This document shows, piece by piece, positions 36,270 through 45,928 of a DNA stretch of 64,000 nt. Source of the stretch: Minisyncoccota bacterium. Lineage in GTDB: Bacteria > Patescibacteriota > Minisyncoccia > Phycocordibacterales > UBA9973. Position 1 is the first letter of the stretch; every line of letters begins with the position of its first letter. The translations under genes and the position numbers were made by a program. The stretch lies in assembly GCA_035714785.1 (NCBI GenBank), contig DASTLQ010000004.1:48248-112247 (forward strand). The letters are read 5' to 3'. The notes beneath the pieces were generated by a model. That model was not told the DNA's origin. It saw nothing but the letters and a program-made list of their open reading frames with translations, and searched no databases.

Positions 36270-37355
36270 TTATTTCTCGTCGAGATGCATTAGAGTCATC
36301 TTGTGTTCTTTTGGTTCAAAGAGAGTAATCTGGAAGTTGTAGTTTTTTCCAAGTTCCAACTTTTCTCTTAGTTTTGATTCAAGACCAAATGTAGAATTGT
36401 GTACCAATCCAGCCACTCCTTCTTTGATTGAAACGAGGGCACCGTGTTTGTTGTATTTGATCACAACTCCTTTGATGATGTCTCCCTTTTTGATTTTTCC
36501 TTCAAACTCTTTCCAAGGGTTTTCCTTGAGGGCTTTGATAGATAGTGAGATCTTGCCTTCTTTGATTTCGATGACCTTAGCTTTTATCTTGTCTCCGATT
36601 TTAAACATTGCCCGTGGGTCTTCAACTAGCCCCCAGTCAAGCTCGGAGATGTGTACTAGTCCTTCTAGTCCATTTTCAAGCTTTAAGAATACTCCGAAAT
36701 CTACGATACCAGCTACGGTGCATTCTAGCTCATCACCCACAGCATACTTTGATAGGATCTCTTTCTTTTCTTCTGGATTGTTGTCTTTTTCAGAAAAGAT
36801 TAGCTTGCCTTCTTTTGGAAGAGTAGAGATGATCATCACCGTGATGCTCTCGCCTACAAGCTTCTTTAATTCTTTCAAAATTTTATCTTTATCAGAATCT
36901 AATACTCTAGGATAGTGTTCTGTCTTTAGTTGAGAAGCAGGCAAGAAACCTTGAATGCCCTGCCATTCCAAAATCAATCCTCCCTTGTTTGCGTCCTTTA
37001 CCTCGAGGCTGAATACTGCTTTTGCCTTGATAGCTTTTTCTGCTTCGCTCCATAGGAGGGCTTGTTTAGCTTCCTTGAGGGATAGCTCGATGTAGCCGTT
37101 TTCGTTTTCAGCTTCAACTACTTTTGCCTTGATAGAATCTCCGACGTTAATTTTTCGGATGATATCTTTGGCGTTGATAAATTCTCGTCCGTAAATGACT
37201 CCAGTTCCAAAAGGGGAAAGATCCACGTATACCGAGGATTTCTTTATTAAGATTACTGGCCCTTCTACCAAAGAATCAATTTTTGGCTTTTCTAAACTGC
37301 GATCTACGATTGACTTTAAAACTAAATTTTCTGTTACTGTCTCTTCTTTTATCAT
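36270..37355 (-). CDS. rpsA: 30S ribosomal protein S1 (four S1 domains)
   Basis: Repeated S1/OB motifs (G..V.G.V..I..FGAFV-like: VGDELECTVAGIVDFGVFLKLENGLEGLVHISEL, GDIIKGVVIKYNKHGALVSI). Confidence 0.8.
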   Translation of the reverse strand: MIKEETVTENLVLKSIVDRSLEKPKIDSLVEGPVILIKKSSVYVDLSPFGTGVIYGREFINAKDIIRKINVGDSIKAKVVEAENENGYIELSLKEAKQALLWSEAEKAIKAKAVFSLEVKDANKGGLILEWQGIQGFLPASQLKTEHYPRVLDSDKDKILKELKKLVGESITVMIISTLPKEGKLIFSEKDNNPEEKKEILSKYAVGDELECTVAGIVDFGVFLKLENGLEGLVHISELDWGLVEDPRAMFKIGDKIKAKVIEIKEGKISLSIKALKENPWKEFEGKIKKGDIIKGVVIKYNKHGALVSIKEGVAGLVHNSTFGLESKLREKLELGKNYNFQITLFEPKEHKMTLMHLDEK

Positions 37356-37543
37356 AAATTAAAATTCCCGCCTAAAAGCGGGATTGAGGTCTAGGTTCTT
37401 TTTATTTCATAGCTTTTTAAAGGCTATGATAGTCAAAAAGGGTTACCCTAAATCCGTGCTTTAATAAATATTAAACTTTCTCCATCCTACTACAATTCCC
37501 CAATTTTGCAAGTTTTTAACACCCAGAATTCACCAATTTTGAT

Positions 37544-37572
37544 TTGTACCCATTGCCTTTTCTTGCTATAAT
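37544..37572 (+). promoter_or_regulatory. candidate sigma70-type promoter giving a leaderless transcript
   Basis: TTGTAC at 37544-37549, a 17-nt spacer, and TATAAT at 37567-37572. The ATG of the next gene is at 37580, about 7-8 nt downstream of the -10. Confidence 0.35.
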
Positions 37573-37579
37573 ATAGGCA

Positions 37580-38209
37580 ATGATAATCACATATTTCGGC
37601 AAACAGTTTTGGAAGATAACCCAAGGCGAGATGGTGCTCGCCTTTAATCCTGTGAGCAAGGAGTCAAAATTAAAGTCCTCCACTCGCTTTGGAGCAGACG
37701 TCGCCCTAGTCTCTGTAAATCATCCAGACTACAATGGAGTGGAACAGCTTTCGTATGGAGAGAGGATGCCTTTCGTAGTAGACGGTCCGGGAAATTATGA
37801 AGTAAAAGACATATTTATCCATGGCGCGATTTCGAATGCGAATTTGGATGAAAAAAAATACGTCAACACCGTTTATTCTTTTGTTCTCGATAGCATAAAG
37901 ATAGTTTTTTTGGGACCACTTGGAGAAGAAGAGCTATCCAAAGAGGCAAGAGAGCTTGCCGAATCCCCAGACATTCTTTTTGTGCCTGTGGGTAATAAAG
38001 ACACTCTCAATCCAAAAAATGCCGCCAAGCTAGCAGCTTCACTTGAACCAAAGCTAGTGATTCCTATGGACTATGATGATGCGACTCTGAAAACATTCCT
38101 AAAAGAAATGGGAGATGAGAAAGCAGATACTCTCGACAAACTTACTATTAAAAGAAAAGATCTTGAGGGAAGTGAAGGAAAAGTAATCGTTTTGAAAAGC
38201 AGTCAATAG
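37580..38209 (+). CDS. metallo-beta-lactamase-fold metal-dependent hydrolase (UPF0173-like)
   Basis: MIITYFGKQFWKI...DVALVSVNHPDY resembles the MKITYLGHS...H.D MBL-fold family. Confidence 0.5.
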   Translation: MIITYFGKQFWKITQGEMVLAFNPVSKESKLKSSTRFGADVALVSVNHPDYNGVEQLSYGERMPFVVDGPGNYEVKDIFIHGAISNANLDEKKYVNTVYSFVLDSIKIVFLGPLGEEELSKEARELAESPDILFVPVGNKDTLNPKNAAKLAASLEPKLVIPMDYDDATLKTFLKEMGDEKADTLDKLTIKRKDLEGSEGKVIVLKSSQ

Positions 38210-38212
38210 AGT

Positions 38213-38422
38213 ATGAAAAAGATTATTCATCATTTAAGAAAACAACCCGAAGATGTCCGAAGACATGTTTTACATATTGTAACTTTTGTGGCCGGCATTA
38301 TTCTCATCTTGTTATGGGTCTTTAGTCTAGGAAGAGATTTTTCAAGTGATGATACCCAGAGAGAGATCAAGCAAGATTTGCAACCGTTCAACTTATTGAA
38401 AGACAGCATCATGAAAAAATAA
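38213..38422 (+). CDS. small membrane protein, hypothetical
   Basis: 69 aa with one TM helix, directly upstream of gyrA. Confidence 0.3.
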   Translation: MKKIIHHLRKQPEDVRRHVLHIVTFVAGIILILLWVFSLGRDFSSDDTQREIKQDLQPFNLLKDSIMKK

Positions 38423-38424
38423 TT

Positions 38425-40893
38425 ATGGCAAAGATTAAAGCACCAATAGAAGAAATACCGAGAGTAAACGTAGTGCCCGTGGATGTAGTGGCAGAAATGA
38501 AAGAATCATACTTGGCCTATGCCATGTCTGTGATCACTTCGCGTGCCCTTCCTGATGTCCGAGATGGATTAAAGCCAGTGCATCGTCGTATTCTCTATGC
38601 CATGCATGAAATGGGACTTACTGTTTCGGGTCGTTTCAGAAAGTCAGCTGCAGTAGTCGGAGACGTGCTCGGAAAATATCATCCACATGGAGACGTGGCA
38701 GTTTATGACTCTATGGTGGGAATGGCTCAGGACTTTTCGTACAGATACCCTCTAATCATGGGGCAAGGAAACTTCGGTTCTATTGATGGAGACAACGCTG
38801 CTGCTATGCGTTATACCGAGGCCAAAATGTCTAGAATTTCTTCGGAGCTTCTTCGTGATCTTGAAAAGGAAACTGTAGACCTGCGCGCAAACTACGATCA
38901 GACTTTAAAGGAACCTTCCGTGCTTCCAGCTGCAGTGCCTACATTGCTTTTGAATGGAACTCTAGGTATTGCAGTCGGAATGGCTACAAATATACCTCCG
39001 CACAATTTGTTTGAAGTGGTGGAAGCTACTCGACACTTGATTGAGAATGAGGATGCTACTACCGAAGACTTGATGCAATTTGTAAAAGGTCCCGATTTTC
39101 CAACGGGCGGTATTGCTTATGGGCAAAAAGATATGCTCCATGCATATTCAGGTGGCCGAGGAGGAGTGGTTTGTCGAGGAGAGGCTGAGATTGTAGAAAA
39201 CAAAGGAGGAAATTTCCAAATCATCATCACTTCTATTCCTTATCGTGTAAACAAAGCAAACCTCATCATGGCTATCGCCGAACTAGTGCAGGAGAAAAAG
39301 CTGGATGGCATCAAGGGTCTGCGTGACGAATCCACTCGCGATATTCGCATCGTGATCGACTTGAAATCAACCGCTCATCCGGAAAAAGTATTAAATTATA
39401 TTTATAAAAATACCCAGCTTGAATCCAATTTTAATTTCAATATGGTGGCCTTGGTAGAAGGAGTTCCTCAGACTCTTTCTCTAAAATCTATTCTTTCCCA
39501 GTTTATTCTTCACCGTAAAGAAGTGGTCCGCAGGAGGACAGAATACGATTTACGGAAAGCCGAAGAGCGTGAGCATATTTTGCTTGGTTTGAAAAAAGCG
39601 CTTGATAAAATCGATCGAGTGATCACCATCATTCGTGGCTCTAAAAATTCAGCTGCCGCAAAAATAAATTTGATAAAGGAATTTAAATTCTCTGATCTTC
39701 AGGCTACCGCTATTTTGGAAATGCGACTTTCCAAGCTCGCAGGCCTTGAAAGAAAGGCAGTACTCGATGAACTTGAAGAAAAGCAAAAATTCATAAAAGA
39801 AATGAAAGAAATTTTGGCTAGTGCAAAGCGAATGCTAAAGATTATTTCCACAGAGCTTGGCGAGATTGCAGAAAAATACAAAGATGAACGCCGAACCAGA
39901 ATCATGAAAGGGGGAGTGAAAGAAATCTCCGACGAAGACTTGATTCCAGAAAAAGAAACTGTGCTAGTGCTTACCGCTGGCGGGTACGTAAAGCGCACTG
40001 ATCCATCAGAGTATCGCTCACAGAAGCGAGGAGGAGTAGGAGTAGTAGATCTAGAGACAAAGGAAGAAGATTTTGTCACCATGCTTGTCTTCGGCTCAAC
40101 TCATAGCGATCTATTATTCTTTACCAATCTTGGAAAAGCATATCAGATGAAGATGTATGATATACCAGAGGGCCGACGAGCTACTCGCGGAAAGTCCATC
40201 ATGAATTTCCTAGCGCTTGGTGGTGAAGAAAAAGTGACTTCAATTTTAGCTTTGCCAAAAAATCTAGATAAATCAGGTCTTTCTCTCATGCTGGTCACCA
40301 AGGCCGGCACAGCAAAGAAGATGTCCGCAGGAAGCTTCAAAGACGTACGTCGAAGCGGAATCATTGCTATTCGCCTAGAAAAAAATGACAGCTTGATCGG
40401 AGCATTTTTGACAGACAAGGGAGATGAAGTGATGGTAGCCACAGGCGAGGGACAGTCTATCCGATTCAAGGAATCTGATATACGCGAGATGGGACGTTCT
40501 GCGGGTGGAGTGAGAGGAATCAAGCTTGGAAAGAGTGATGAAGTAATCGGAGTAGATGTAATTAAAAAAGATAGTACCCCATCCGCCGGCGGAGGATATT
40601 TCCTCACCATGAGTGCAAATGGTTTTGGAAAGAAAACTTCCTTGAAAGAATACAAGGTACAGAAAAGAGGGGGAAGCGGTATCAAGACTGCCAAAGTCAC
40701 CACCAAGACAGGAAAGCTGATCGTAGGGAAAGTGCTTACTGGAACTGAAGAGGAAATCATCGCGATGTCCAAAAAGGGACAGGTGATTCGTACCGCCTTG
40801 AAAGATATCTCGGCTCTCGGCAGACAGACTCAAGGAGTGACTGTGATGAGATTGCGTTCGGGTGATAGTATTGCGTCAGTGGTGTGTTCCTAG
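38425..40893 (+). CDS. gyrA: DNA gyrase subunit A
   Basis: [20 protein letters not shown] and [20 protein letters not shown], with catalytic Tyr. C-terminal beta-pinwheel repeats carry QKRGGVG/QKRGGSG GyrA-box-like motifs. Confidence 0.9.
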   Translation: MAKIKAPIEEIPRVNVVPVDVVAEMKESYLAYAMSVITSRALPDVRDGLKPVHRRILYAMHEMGLTVSGRFRKSAAVVGDVLGKYHPHGDVAVYDSMVGMAQDFSYRYPLIMGQGNFGSIDGDNAAAMRYTEAKMSRISSELLRDLEKETVDLRANYDQTLKEPSVLPAAVPTLLLNGTLGIAVGMATNIPPHNLFEVVEATRHLIENEDATTEDLMQFVKGPDFPTGGIAYGQKDMLHAYSGGRGGVVCRGEAEIVENKGGNFQIIITSIPYRVNKANLIMAIAELVQEKKLDGIKGLRDESTRDIRIVIDLKSTAHPEKVLNYIYKNTQLESNFNFNMVALVEGVPQTLSLKSILSQFILHRKEVVRRRTEYDLRKAEEREHILLGLKKALDKIDRVITIIRGSKNSAAAKINLIKEFKFSDLQATAILEMRLSKLAGLERKAVLDELEEKQKFIKEMKEILASAKRMLKIISTELGEIAEKYKDERRTRIMKGGVKEISDEDLIPEKETVLVLTAGGYVKRTDPSEYRSQKRGGVGVVDLETKEEDFVTMLVFGSTHSDLLFFTNLGKAYQMKMYDIPEGRRATRGKSIMNFLALGGEEKVTSILALPKNLDKSGLSLMLVTKAGTAKKMSAGSFKDVRRSGIIAIRLEKNDSLIGAFLTDKGDEVMVATGEGQSIRFKESDIREMGRSAGGVRGIKLGKSDEVIGVDVIKKDSTPSAGGGYFLTMSANGFGKKTSLKEYKVQKRGGSGIKTAKVTTKTGKLIVGKVLTGTEEEIIAMSKKGQVIRTALKDISALGRQTQGVTVMRLRSGDSIASVVCS

Positions 40894-40918
40894 AGGTAGG
40901 GCTATAAAGCTTTGCAAA

Positions 40919-41440
40919 ATGTTTACAAATCCAGAAAAAAATTTAAGAGAATTTAATCTCCAAGAACACATGATCGTGGCGGACCTTGGCGCAGGCACAG
41001 GGCACTATGCTATTCCAGCTGGTAGAATTGTTTCTCGAGGAAAAGTTTATGCAGTAGAAATACAAAAAGATTTCTTAGAAACTATTCGTAATCGCGTAAA
41101 AGAATCTCACTTGGGAAATGTCGAGTGTTTATGGGGCAATATTGAAAAAATTGGAGGCACCAAGCTTGGCGACGATACCATCGATCGAGTGATAGCTTCA
41201 AACGTATTTTTCCAAGTAGATGATAAGAATGATTTTATAAAAGAAGTAAAGAGAATTTTAAAGCCCGGTGGCAAGGTTCTTTTGATAGATCACTGCCCCG
41301 AGCGATCACATCTGGGGCTTAAGAGTGCGGTCTCAAAAGAAAAGGCGAAAGAAATGTTTATCGGTAAAGGATTTGAATTTGAGAAATTTATTGACGCAGG
41401 AAGCCATCATTATGGTATAATTTTAATTAACAAAAAGTGA
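40919..41440 (+). CDS. class I SAM-dependent methyltransferase
   Basis: VADLGAGTGHYAI is motif I (GxGxG). The acidic residue after beta-2 is AVE. Confidence 0.6.
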   Translation: MFTNPEKNLREFNLQEHMIVADLGAGTGHYAIPAGRIVSRGKVYAVEIQKDFLETIRNRVKESHLGNVECLWGNIEKIGGTKLGDDTIDRVIASNVFFQVDDKNDFIKEVKRILKPGGKVLLIDHCPERSHLGLKSAVSKEKAKEMFIGKGFEFEKFIDAGSHHYGIILINKK

Positions 41441-42729
41441 AAAATTTTCAGATAATCATTCTCATCGTATTCATCATTGGCGCTATCGTAGGTATTTTAG
41501 TATTCTCGGGAACTATTCCACTCGGAGATAAAGATAATGAAGAAGGTTCAGGTGGAACAGTGGTACTTTGGGGTACTATGAAATCCGCTGATATTGCCTT
41601 TGCAGTCGAAGACTTTAATAGAACCAACAATGTATACAATCTCCAATATGTAGAAAAGCGTGCAGAAACTTTTGATCAAGACCTACTCGAAGCACTAGCA
41701 TCCGGAGTTGGACCTGACCTTTTTATAATTTCAAATGATTTGGTATATAAATACAGCAACAAAATTCTGACCATTCCCTACAAGAGCTATCCAATTGCCG
41801 TTTTCAAACAAAATTTCGTAGGGGCTGGGGAAGTATTTTTAAACTCCCTAGGTGCCATGGCTTTTCCACTAGCAGTAGATCCTATGGTGATGTACTACAG
41901 CCGTTCTATGCTTGATTCAAATAATATCGTGTATCCTCCAGAAACTTGGGATCAGCTCGGAGCTTTAGCTCCCGTGCTTGGAAGAAAAGATGAATCAAGG
42001 AAGATCCTAAAAAGCGCAGTGGCGCTGGGGCAGTTTTCAAATGTCAGACACGCAAAGGATATCATGGCGATGCTCTTTATGCAGGCAGGAAATCCGATTG
42101 TCGCAGAGAGGAGTGGTTCCTTCATTTCAGTACTTGATCAATCCACAGCTACCTACAACCCGGAAGCTATTTTAGAAGCTTATACAGCCTTTGCTAATCC
42201 AATGAAGGAAGTTTACTCTTGGAATAAATCTCTGCAAAATTCTCAAGATGCTTTCAGTGCCGAAAATCTCGTATTTTATTTTGGATATGCGACGGAGCTT
42301 CGATCTCTCGTAGAAAAAAATCCCAATCAAAATTTTATGGTGGCTCCTATGCCTCAGATTCCTGGTTCTCAAGCTAAGCTTACTTTCGGTAGGGTGACAG
42401 GGGTAGCAGTATCGAGTGCTTCAAAAAATTTAAACAGCGCATTTTTAGTGGCAAGCCTTTTGTCCACCAGTAATTTCGGAGGAGAATTTGCTAAAGCTAT
42501 GGGAGCAGCTCCTGCGCGTAGAGAATTGCTCACTGCCACTCCCGAGGATTCCTATCAGCCAGTATTTTATTCCTCTGCTTTGATTGCTCGAAGTTGGCTG
42601 GATCCTTCACCAATCGATTCAAATGAAATCTTTCAAGGAATGGTGGAAAAGGTACTATCAAATAACCTAAATCCGTCCCAAGCTATTCGTGAGGGTTCTT
42701 CAAAATTAAATTTATTACTTATTCGATAA
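41437..42729 (+). CDS. extracellular solute-binding protein (ABC transporter SBP family 1-like), membrane anchored
   Basis: N-terminal TM helix followed by GTVVLWGTMK and a periplasmic-binding-protein type II fold pattern. Confidence 0.45.
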   Translation: MKNFQIIILIVFIIGAIVGILVFSGTIPLGDKDNEEGSGGTVVLWGTMKSADIAFAVEDFNRTNNVYNLQYVEKRAETFDQDLLEALASGVGPDLFIISNDLVYKYSNKILTIPYKSYPIAVFKQNFVGAGEVFLNSLGAMAFPLAVDPMVMYYSRSMLDSNNIVYPPETWDQLGALAPVLGRKDESRKILKSAVALGQFSNVRHAKDIMAMLFMQAGNPIVAERSGSFISVLDQSTATYNPEAILEAYTAFANPMKEVYSWNKSLQNSQDAFSAENLVFYFGYATELRSLVEKNPNQNFMVAPMPQIPGSQAKLTFGRVTGVAVSSASKNLNSAFLVASLLSTSNFGGEFAKAMGAAPARRELLTATPEDSYQPVFYSSALIARSWLDPSPIDSNEIFQGMVEKVLSNNLNPSQAIREGSSKLNLLLIR

Positions 42730-42730
42730 T

Positions 42731-43120
42731 ATGTATAAAAAAATAATTTTTCTCGCAGTTGTTCTTCTTCTGGTCATCGCTCCGGTAGATATTTTCCCTG
42801 CAGTAGCAGAAGGATTGGTAAAGTGTGGCACAGATAAGCCATGCGGATTTGAAGATCTTTTGATTTTAATAAATACGGTAGTGAACTTCGTGATGATTCA
42901 GTTAATGATTCCTTTGGCTGCGCTTTTGTTTGCTTATGCGGGAGGAATGCTGATGTTCTCAGGAGGAGAAGTATCAAAGAGACAACAAGCCAAGAAAATA
43001 TTTACCAATGTCGCCCTAGGTCTCATCATAGCGGCCGCATCATGGCTCATCGTCAATACAGTCCTTACCATTATGGGGTATAACGGTGCTTGGATAGGAT
43101 TTAAAGATGTTGTACAATAA
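42731..43120 (+). CDS. pilin-like two-TM small protein (CPR T4SS-pilin / VirB2-TrbC-like family), paralog 1
   Basis: Signal/TM segment, then a hydrophobic helix, a short charged loop (GGEVSKRQQAKK) and a second hydrophobic helix. Confidence 0.45.
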   Translation: MYKKIIFLAVVLLLVIAPVDIFPAVAEGLVKCGTDKPCGFEDLLILINTVVNFVMIQLMIPLAALLFAYAGGMLMFSGGEVSKRQQAKKIFTNVALGLIIAAASWLIVNTVLTIMGYNGAWIGFKDVVQ

Positions 43121-43502
43121 ATTTATGAAAATTATAAAAAATCCACTTGTTATCATCACTATCATAATGCTGGTGTCCTTTTTTCCTTTGGTTACATTTG
43201 GTCAGGCTACTGGTAGCGCACCACCTGCACCCCCCGTGGAAAACCCAATTAAAAATCCCATCGGTGTCAGCTCGTTTACTGGACTCCTAAAACAAATCCT
43301 GGAAGGGGCGATCAAAATTGGTATGCCAGTCATAGCGCTTGCGATTATTTATTCAGGTTTTCTTTTTGTTGCAGCTCAAGGTAATCCAGAAAAACTCGAT
43401 ACGGCCAAGAAATCTTTCGTATATACTTTGATCGGAGCAGCTATACTACTCGGAGCTTGGGCACTGGCTCAAGTGATCACAACGACCGTGCTTTCTTTAT
43501 AA
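43107..43502 (+). CDS. pilin-like two-TM small protein, paralog 2
   Basis: Same topology. The loop reads AAQGNPEKLDTAKKS. Confidence 0.45.
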   Translation: MLYNKFMKIIKNPLVIITIIMLVSFFPLVTFGQATGSAPPAPPVENPIKNPIGVSSFTGLLKQILEGAIKIGMPVIALAIIYSGFLFVAAQGNPEKLDTAKKSFVYTLIGAAILLGAWALAQVITTTVLSL

Positions 43503-43520
43503 ACTAATATAATTATTTAA

Positions 43521-44435
43521 ATGGAAATCAAAGATATAATAATCAAGCTCGGAAATTTACTGGATACATTGTTACCCGTATTAGTTTTAGCTGGTGTGGT
43601 GATTTTCGTTTGGGGAGTGATTCAATACGTGATAGGAGGGGACGAAGAAGCCAAATCAAAAGGAAAGAATCGCATCATCTGGGGTATCGTCGGGTTTGCG
43701 ATCATTGCAGGATTATATGGTTTAATCAATATAGTATTAAATACTTTTGGGTTGGATCCATCGAGCGGAAATTTGGTTTCGCCTACGGGCCTAGTTCCTG
43801 CTACACCTACGCCAGGTACTTGTGAGGGTACTGGTAACATCGGTTCACTCATCTGTAAAATTGGAACAATTCTCAATTCTATCATTCCTCTCCTCATCAG
43901 CTTCGGGGTAGTAATCTTTGTATGGGGAGTAGTGCAGTACGTGATAGGAGGGGACGAAGAAGCCAAATCAAAAGGAAAAGACAGAATGATTTGGGGAATC
44001 ATCGGACTAGTGGTGATCGCCTCAATGTGGGGATTGGTCAATATGGTAGTGAAAACTTTTGACTTAAATCCGACGGGGTCTAGTGGAGTGGCTAATCAAT
44101 TTTTACAAAATACTAGCCAACTCGGTAATACTCCCGGTACTTGTTCTATCGCTGCAACGGGAGCAAGTCTCGGGGACCTTATGAATTATGCGACCTGTCT
44201 GATTACTAAGTCGGTAATTCCTCTAATCTTTTCATTGGCAGTTCTCTTGTTCGTCTGGGGAGTAGTACAGTATGTGATATCTGGAGCAAATGAAGAACAA
44301 AAAGACAAAGGGAAGAATTTCATGATATGGGGAATCATTGCGCTTACTGTGATGGTGTCTGTCTGGGGGATTGTGCGCATTGTAGGTGATACTTTTGGGA
44401 TAGAATATGCGATTCCGCAGGTGAAGAGCAGGTAG
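43521..44435 (+). CDS. triple-module pilin-like protein (three tandem two-TM pilin-like units fused in one ORF)
   Basis: Three repeats of VIFVWGV(I/V)QYVIGGDEEAKSKGK(N/D)R(I/M)IWGI(V/I)G...NTFGL. The first two share an identical 40-nt stretch TACGTGATAGGAGGGGACGAAGAAGCCAAATCAAAAGGAAA. Confidence 0.5.
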   Translation: MEIKDIIIKLGNLLDTLLPVLVLAGVVIFVWGVIQYVIGGDEEAKSKGKNRIIWGIVGFAIIAGLYGLINIVLNTFGLDPSSGNLVSPTGLVPATPTPGTCEGTGNIGSLICKIGTILNSIIPLLISFGVVIFVWGVVQYVIGGDEEAKSKGKDRMIWGIIGLVVIASMWGLVNMVVKTFDLNPTGSSGVANQFLQNTSQLGNTPGTCSIAATGASLGDLMNYATCLITKSVIPLIFSLAVLLFVWGVVQYVISGANEEQKDKGKNFMIWGIIALTVMVSVWGIVRIVGDTFGIEYAIPQVKSR

Positions 44436-44567
44436 GCGGTATCCACAGTTTCCTCTTTTGTCTTTATTTTGTATGGTATAATTAAAAAAGAACCTAAACA
44501 TTAGGAAAAAATTATAAGGTCGTTTCCGCGAGAGCGGTGTTATCAATAATCCCGTTAGGGAAAAAAA

Positions 44568-44954
44568 ATGAAAAATAAATTAATCGTATTTATGGTTTCC
44601 GCAGCCTCATTGGCTTCTATGCCTTTGTTTGCTTTGGCGCAGGGTAGAGGAGGTGCTTGTAGTGTAGTAAACACACAAAATACCATTCAGGGTATCATTT
44701 GTAAGGCAGGAGAAATATTGGGAGTAGTGCTTCCATTCTTGGTTGCATTGGCAGTTGTTATCTTTGTGTGGGGAGTAGTGATGTATGTTGTTTCAAGTGA
44801 CGAGGAAGCAAAGAGCGCTGGAAGAAACAGAATGATCTGGGGAATTGTCGGTCTTGCAGTGATCGTATCATTGTGGGGATTGGTAAGAATCTTGACCAAT
44901 ACTTTTGACCTTAACACAAATCAGGGTGTTACTTTGCCAGTACTTCCTTACTAA
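44568..44954 (+). CDS. pilin-like two-TM small protein, paralog 4
   Basis: VIFVWGVVMYVVSSDEEAKSAGRNRMIWGIVGLAVIVSLWGLVRILTNTFDL is the same module. Confidence 0.5.
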   Translation: MKNKLIVFMVSAASLASMPLFALAQGRGGACSVVNTQNTIQGIICKAGEILGVVLPFLVALAVVIFVWGVVMYVVSSDEEAKSAGRNRMIWGIVGLAVIVSLWGLVRILTNTFDLNTNQGVTLPVLPY

Positions 44955-44957
44955 TAA

Positions 44958-45296
44958 ATGATGACCTGGCTCTTCGGAAATATAGCCTACGCGAGCGTGG
45001 ATGCCTTTATGGCAAACGTGGGACGGCTCATCATCAATCCACTCATTACTCTTCTTTTTGCCTTGGCGGCTGCATACTTTCTTTACGGGGTTTTCCAGTT
45101 TATTGCAAATGCCCAAAATGATGAGAAGAGAACTCAAGGCAAAAGTCATATGCTTTGGGGAGTGATCGGAATAGTGATAATGTTGGGAGTATGGACAATA
45201 CTAAATATTGTTTTAAAAACTTTCAATATTGATGGAATAAATCCTGAGCAGGGAACAGTACAATTAAACGAGTACAACCCAAGCTTTCCGAAGTAG
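44958..45296 (+). CDS. pilin-like two-TM small protein, paralog 5
   Basis: AAAYFLYGVFQFIANAQNDEKRTQGKSHMLWGVIGIVIMLGVWTILNIVLKTFNI. Confidence 0.45.
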   Translation: MMTWLFGNIAYASVDAFMANVGRLIINPLITLLFALAAAYFLYGVFQFIANAQNDEKRTQGKSHMLWGVIGIVIMLGVWTILNIVLKTFNIDGINPEQGTVQLNEYNPSFPK

Positions 45297-45379
45297 CATA
45301 GAATTGTGAAATTAAGTAGCACAGAAACGAAAATATAATCAGGAATATAAAAAGGCGAGCTATGTGCTCGCCTTTTGCG

Positions 45380-45928
45380 TTAATGATTTACTACCTCCCA
45401 AATCCTAACTCTTGCTGTGTTGTTAGGATTTCCAGAGACTATTCTTACGGCACCAGCACTCCTTGGCGGGATTGCGATGGTGCCTTTTCCAGAATAGAAG
45501 ATTGTGTCTTTTATTCCTGGAAAGATCATTTTGATTGGATCTCCTTGCGTATCCAATTCAAAATCGTAGTCAAAGATTACGAGGCATGGCGTGTAAGTGT
45601 CATGCCTTAGAATGAGTGCTTTCGTGGTGGGCGGCGGGGGAGAATACGTGTGGACAGTTGTCACAGGCTTCGGAAACCATGATTCTGTCCATGCCGAAAT
45701 TACTTTCAGCATGACAAAAAGAAAAACTATGATTGCGCCGATCATTAATGTGTTAATGATCAGTTTGCTGTTCGAGTTGTTTTTTATTATGGTTGTAGAT
45801 CCGGCAGGAGGTGAGCAAGGAGAAGGGTTTGAAGAATGGATCTTTGCCTTTTGTTTTGCTGCGGCATAAGCTATCAACGAAAAGAAGACCAAGATCACTA
45901 TAACGAGAAGTGCAATAATATAAATCAT
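45380..45928 (-). CDS. membrane protein co-transcribed with SPFH protein (possible NfeD-like partner)
   Basis: Its start overlaps the stop of the SPFH gene. Two TM helices precede a soluble beta-rich C-terminal domain. Confidence 0.3.
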   Translation of the reverse strand: MIYIIALLVIVILVFFSLIAYAAAKQKAKIHSSNPSPCSPPAGSTTIIKNNSNSKLIINTLMIGAIIVFLFVMLKVISAWTESWFPKPVTTVHTYSPPPPTTKALILRHDTYTPCLVIFDYDFELDTQGDPIKMIFPGIKDTIFYSGKGTIAIPPRSAGAVRIVSGNPNNTARVRIWEVVNH

